A DNA stretch of 64,000 nt from positions 310,001 to 374,000 of the forward strand of contig CDRNVI010000059.1 in the NCBI GenBank assembly GCA_977017575.1, in the 5' to 3' direction. The notes under the pieces are model-generated. The model worked only from the letters and a program-made list of their open reading frames with translations. It did not search any database and had not been told where the DNA came from. Of the stretch, positions 59,093 to 64,000 are shown in pieces. A program made the translations under genes and the position numbers. The stretch is from Paramoeba atlantica (taxonomy: Eukaryota; Protista; Discosea). How positions within the stretch are numbered: the stretch's first letter is position 1; each line of letters opens with the position of its first letter.

Positions 59093-59249
59093 TTATGCCA
59101 GTATACCGTAGTGGAAAATTAAACTTTATGAGAAATAATTTGTTTCGCACTTGATCAATGACCATTTGCTGTCTGATTACTCTTTTTGCAAAAAAGAAAT
59201 TCAGTGTAACTGTCATAAATACCTGCAATCTTGGCAGTCACTGGAAGTC

Positions 59250-60729
59250 ACAGGAGTCCACATCCGACCTTCAGATAAGCTGTTTTGCCGACTTTCCACT
59301 GCAAAAATCATGAGGCCTCTGTGCATACCTTTGTTCTACTTTAGATTTTGCACTACTCCTGATGAGACAGCACGACGCCGAAGCGCATCCTAGCTGTAAA
59401 ATATCAATCCAGCATTCTTTACAAATCAGGAACCCAATTGCTCTAGAATTGCTTTGATTTCTTATGGTTCAAATGTAGAACCTTTCAAAGGGTACCTTTG
59501 CATCAGCGTCCGAAATGCTCCGAGCAAGATGTTGTCTCCTTTTTTTGTTTCAGTTGCATCGCCACGGCATGCGTAATTTGCGCACCCGTCGGTGTACTGC
59601 TTATAGGGCTATGGTCCGTTACAAAAGATATGCGACCTCACCGCGAGGATCGCGATGTATCTGAAGCCACGTAAGCGAACTTATCGGAATTCACTTCTTG
59701 GGTGACCATACTGTTGACGGCTTTTTCACCCTCTCAGGATACAGATCTATTCCAAAGATACGAGCCAACATCTCTACAATGTTGTTGGGTAACAATGTTG
59801 ATTCTTCCTTCCTCTTTCAGTTGATCATAAACGTGGTTATGCTCACGAAGGAAGTTTATTCAGGTGTTCATGGTCTCTAGTTTCACCCCGAATATGTCAC
59901 TCAGCTGTGCAGAACATAGTCTTTGACTACGGTTTGTTCACCGTTCGTTGGCTATCCAAACAATTTGGATATTCTTAACCGCGCCCTCGAGATCAGGAAC
60001 TCATTCGAGTTGCAAGAGCTCAAGGGTTTCATGCGCCGTAGCCGTCACGTATCCAGCGAACTTCGTGTCTGGCCTTAAGGATGTAGCGTATGCGCCGCCT
60101 TCTTATGCACACTGATGATTGTACAGTGTAAAAACATCTTTTGAAGAAGAATCTCTTCTAACAGCGTGGGTGCTGAAAGGTGATTTGGTGAAAGTTGTTC
60201 AACTGGACGGTAGGGTATTCTCCCTTTTTCGTCCATTATTCTTTGGTCCTTTGCGCAGTGTTGGGCAACGGGATTCGGAAGTTCACTTTCGAGAAGAAAG
60301 AAAACTTTACAAGAATCACAACTTGTGATACGTTGATCATCGTTCATTCTCTTTTTGTACCCTTTCTTGAGTTTGTACTCTTCTTGAGCTTCCGTACTGA
60401 CCGAAAAATCTTCCAAAGGTAGACGATCAATGTAGGAAGCTTCATAGTTGTATGAAGTTTCACAGATCCACGTAGATGAGAATCTTGCCTGTGCGACCTC
60501 AATAGGTGTTATAGTGCGAGTTGTAGTTGTGCGCAATCATCCAGTTATACGCATCTTGCCCTTGTGGAACGTAATTTAGATTTCGCCAAGGATGAACACA
60601 AGCAAATCGATCACAATCCCCACAAAACCGCCGCGAAACCTGTGCATTTTGTTCAACCCATGGCTTCAACCCATCTGGGGTTTCGGCATCTTGGTCACCT
60701 CTGCGTTCATTATACGCCTGCGCTTCCAT
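59250..60729 (-). pseudogene. Decayed Helitron-like Rep N-terminal region (DUF6570-like)
   Basis: Across frameshifts: CDSC, LSAPTLLEEILL, FAGYV, IQIVWI, VKLETMNT*INFLREHNHVY, FVKNAGLIFYS*DALRRR. Many in-frame stops. Confidence 0.55.
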
Positions 60730-61225
60730 AAGAGCAATGAACCGACGAAATAACGCGTCCTAAGCGCTATTCTCCATAGAGCAAAACGTTGTAGCGTAAA
60801 AAGATTTCGGTTAATAGGAACTCAGAATGTGCCCTAAAAAAGGAAATTTTTGATGTCCTTTTTTGGGAAAGAAAGTCATAAGATGTGTTTTTTTAGTTTT
60901 TTTTAGAACGTTTACTCATACTCATAGGCCTTTTTCCTTATTATAGAGAAACAATCAGGGACATTGTGACTCTGAATACCCGTGTAATTAATCGAAATTT
61001 TAATCAAAAAGGTATAGAGTCTACCCACAGGCGGTAAAGATACAGTATTTTTTACAGCTTTTATGACATTTCGACTGAAGTGTATTCAATCGCAATTGAA
61101 TACAACACTGTATGTATATTAGTCAACAGTAGAGCAATCACTACAATATCTACTAGACCTTCCTTCGTTGTGTATTGGCATAGATTTCGACGTCATCAAT
61201 TTACACCTTACATACACGCACGTTC

Positions 61226-64000
61226 ATGAATTCACAGCGCGGCGTAGTACCACTGTGTGGATCGTCTGTGTCCGTCGAAGGTGGAAGTACCAGTGTAAGA
61301 CACAAAGGTCGGCGAGCACAATTTTCTCCTAAAAGGAAGCCTTTATCGGCACCCTTCTTAAACAATGGTGTACCTATAGCATCTGTGCATTTTATGTATC
61401 TGCGACAAAAGCAACTTACGTCTTTTGACCCCTATGTCGTGCTCAAGCACGTAACAATGCTTGATCTCTCCATGAACTATTTGTCCACGATGAATTTTTT
61501 ATCGCTCTTTCCAAATCTGCGCCACTTGTTCATGACTGGAAACAAACTAGAACACCTTTCAAATCTCGATGCAGTACCCGACCTAGAAACCCTGGCCGTT
61601 TCCTCGAATCGGATAAAAACTTTCGAGGGGTTAGGGGACCTCAAACAACTAAAACTACTCTCCTTGAATTACAATGAGATATCCTCCCTTCAAGGATTTC
61701 CTTTTCTTCCGTCCTTACAAGCGGTAAACATAAAAGGGAACCCGATTGATGAGTGGCAGGATATACGACGGATCCTTCTTGCGCTCAGTCCCGTGAGTTT
61801 GGTACAAATTAACGGAAGAGAAGTCACACCCACAGAAAAAACCGAAGCCACGGCTTACCACGGAAGTATCGCCTATGCTCTCTCAGAAGGGTTTATCCCA
61901 CCCTCTCCCCTTACCCCTACTCCTCCCGCACACGCCCCAATACACGCCTTCCTCTCCCATCTCCAAAAACAACGTGCTCTCTCCGCGGGGCACCCCCCCT
62001 TCCTCATCCCCCACACCCTCGAGGTCCGCCCCCCCTCTGACCCGCTCCTCTTCCACGAGGGTACCCCCCTGACCCTCCAGGTGTGTCTCCAGGACACCCG
62101 CCCCGCACGTGAGACCCCCCCCTTCGAGTCCCACGTGCTCTCCCCCGTGGTGTTCCAAGTAACGGGGAACGCCCAGCGCGTGGAACTCACGGGCTCGTTC
62201 GTCACCGGGGGACGTAACACCAGCAGCCCTGGGGATACGAATCAACCCACACGACTGGAGCTCTACCGTGAGAGTCACTGTCCCCACGGGGTCGAGACGG
62301 GGGGGGGAGAGCCACAACCGGGGAAGGCAGAAGAAGAGAACGAAGAGGGCGTCGCCTTCTCCACCCGGCTGTACCTCCCCCCCGGGTCCTACGCGTACCA
62401 GTACGTGGTGGATGGGGAGACGCGGGTGTCCGAGGCGGCCCCGACGGGGGTGGGTGCAGGCGCCCAGGGGGTGTGTAACCTTTGTGAGGTGTCGGTGAGT
62501 GCCCCCGCACGAGAGACCCAGTCCTTGCTGCATGTACGGTGGCTGCGGAGCACGGAGGGGGGTGTTGGGGGGTTTGAGGTGATTCCCAATGCAAAGGAAC
62601 TGACGTATGTGCCCACTGCGGGGGATGTGGGGCATTTTTTGCGTGCGGAGGTTTTGGTGTATGATGAAGGGGAGTTTCAGTTTCCGTTGTTTGCGATTAC
62701 GCCGAATATTGAGCCTGGGCTTCCGCTTTGCGCCCACATGGAGCTGAGTGGACGTTGTGTGGAGGGGGCGTCGTTGGTGCTGGATGTGGAGTATGCCGGT
62801 GGGGAGGAGGGCCAGAGTGAGACACGGTGGTTCCGTGTTGTGGATCACGACGAAGAGGTGCCGCTGGATACGAATTCCCCTGCGTATGTTCTCTCCCCCT
62901 CGGACGTCGCCCACCGTATCAAGGCGGAGTACCTCCCGGTACGCCAGGACGGGGAACGTGGGACCCCTGCGAGTCGGTACAGCGACGTCATCCTCCCCCG
63001 TCCCTGCGTCACGGGACTTGGTCCCATCACCGGGGAGGGGGTAGAGGGCGCCACACTCACGGTGGAGTGTGACGACCCCACGGCACTCCAACAAAAATGT
63101 CACCTCCAGTGGGGTCACTACGACCCTCGCTCCGGGGAATTCCACCCCCGTCCCGGCGCCCACGACCTGTCCTACCCCCTCACCCTTCCCGATGTCGGGG
63201 CTACTCTCGCGCTACAGTGTACCCTTAAAAGCGCATCCCCCACCCGTTTAAGCCCCACCCCGGAGCTTCGCCTGCGCTCGGACCCGATCCGCGCCGCCCC
63301 CCCGACCATCGAGGACTTTCGGCTCACCGGGTCCCCCACCGAGGGCAGTGCCCTCCAGCTGCACTACAGCTACCGCGGAGGTAACCCCGGGGCCCACCAG
63401 CTCGTGTGGTTCCGTGAGTCCACGGGGGGGGACGCGGGAGGGGGGGTACGGCAGGTCGTGGAGGAGACGACCCATGGCAAGGGGAGGGGGAGTAGGGGGA
63501 GTACCCGTAGGGGGAGTAGGGGGAGTACGGCTACGGGTACTAACACTACAAGTACTACGGGTATGAGTGCTACGGGTACGGCTACTCCGGGTATGAGTAC
63601 TACGGGTACGAGTCCTACGGGTACGGCTACTCCGGGTACGAGTGCTACGGGTACGAGTACTATGGGTACCTGTGGCTTGGCTGCGCCCCTGTGCCTACGT
63701 CGTGTGCTCACGACCGGGGATGTGGGGTACCGTATGGGTGCGATGCTCACACCTGTACGTAGTGACGGGGTACACGGGGCTACGGTGGAGGTGGTGGGGG
63801 GGTGTGCGGTGGGGGCAAGGGGGCCGCAGGTGGGGGGACCGATGAGGGTACGATGGGAGAGGGGAGGGGAGGGGGTGACTATAGGGGTAGTGGAGTACAC
63901 GTATGTTGGGGGGAAGGAGGGGGAGAGTCATGTGGAGTGGTATAAAGTGGAGGAGGGGGAGGGAGAAGAGGGGGAGGGGAGGCTGATTCAGGATGGGGGG
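61226..64000 (+). CDS. AIR9: AIR9-like microtubule-associated protein (LRR + CBM48-like + A9 Ig-like repeats), 3'-partial
   Basis: Open frame from ATG 61226 to the window end (missing from the ORF track because it has no stop). SDS22-type LRRs, FSTRLYLPPGSYAYQYVVDG, and repeated W.R....Y.P...DVG..L/I A9 motifs. Confidence 0.85.
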   Translation, partial: MNSQRGVVPLCGSSVSVEGGSTSVRHKGRRAQFSPKRKPLSAPFLNNGVPIASVHFMYLRQKQLTSFDPYVVLKHVTMLDLSMNYLSTMNFLSLFPNLRHLFMTGNKLEHLSNLDAVPDLETLAVSSNRIKTFEGLGDLKQLKLLSLNYNEISSLQGFPFLPSLQAVNIKGNPIDEWQDIRRILLALSPVSLVQINGREVTPTEKTEATAYHGSIAYALSEGFIPPSPLTPTPPAHAPIHAFLSHLQKQRALSAGHPPFLIPHTLEVRPPSDPLLFHEGTPLTLQVCLQDTRPARETPPFESHVLSPVVFQVTGNAQRVELTGSFVTGGRNTSSPGDTNQPTRLELYRESHCPHGVETGGGEPQPGKAEEENEEGVAFSTRLYLPPGSYAYQYVVDGETRVSEAAPTGVGAGAQGVCNLCEVSVSAPARETQSLLHVRWLRSTEGGVGGFEVIPNAKELTYVPTAGDVGHFLRAEVLVYDEGEFQFPLFAITPNIEPGLPLCAHMELSGRCVEGASLVLDVEYAGGEEGQSETRWFRVVDHDEEVPLDTNSPAYVLSPSDVAHRIKAEYLPVRQDGERGTPASRYSDVILPRPCVTGLGPITGEGVEGATLTVECDDPTALQQKCHLQWGHYDPRSGEFHPRPGAHDLSYPLTLPDVGATLALQCTLKSASPTRLSPTPELRLRSDPIRAAPPTIEDFRLTGSPTEGSALQLHYSYRGGNPGAHQLVWFRESTGGDAGGGVRQVVEETTHGKGRGSRGSTRRGSRGSTATGTNTTSTTGMSATGTATPGMSTTGTSPTGTATPGTSATGTSTMGTCGLAAPLCLRRVLTTGDVGYRMGAMLTPVRSDGVHGATVEVVGGCAVGARGPQVGGPMRVRWERGGEGVTIGVVEYTYVGGKEGESHVEWYKVEEGEGEEGEGRLIQDGG

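Noticed and set aside
59500-60090. UGA-to-Trp reassignment suggested by a TGA-only interrupted frame
   Set aside because: The same relic has frameshifts and TAA/TAG stops, and the long intact ORFs in the window never use in-frame TGA.
61873-63931. Overlapping ORFs, including the 426-aa minus-strand ORF 61883-63163 (also those over 5606-6533 and 8281-8760)
   Set aside because: They are shadow frames of GC-rich genes whose true frame has recognisable domains.

Overview
Eukaryotic, intron-less, same-strand gene organisation with a tRNA cluster. A kinetoplastid/euglenozoan protist is inferred from the trypanosomatid-like tRNA-Trp, the AIR9-like gene and the MPP-beta/Core1-like protein. 1-10.2 kb is a + strand host gene cluster: four LRR proteins, an M16 peptidase-like protein, an RRM/zinc-knuckle SR protein and a 14-3-3. 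About 11-60.7 kb is a gene desert of nested mobile DNA. It holds stacked CRE-clade retrotransposon fragments, a 96-bp satellite and a 27.8-kb segment bounded by Merlin-type TIRs and a 9-bp TSD. That segment contains an IS30-family transposase split by a Dada-like transposon, a Tc1 element split by a hAT-type MITE, and a Merlin transposase split by an APE-RT-RNaseH LINE. The LINE is itself split by a TA-duplicating hAT-like element and carries a captured LRR fragment, and part of the segment is a ~9.3-kb tandem duplication. Further right are five tRNA genes, including a tRNA-Trp(CCA) with a 4-bp anticodon stem, more Tc1/Merlin pieces, an RT-less gag + tyrosine-recombinase element and a decayed Helitron-like ORF. 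From 61.2 kb an AIR9-like gene runs off the window. Strongest leads: the restorable IS30 transposase in a eukaryotic context, the giant Merlin-bounded nest, the LRR-capturing LINE and the 4-bp-stem tRNA-Trp. All family assignments come from motif recognition by eye; no searches were run.
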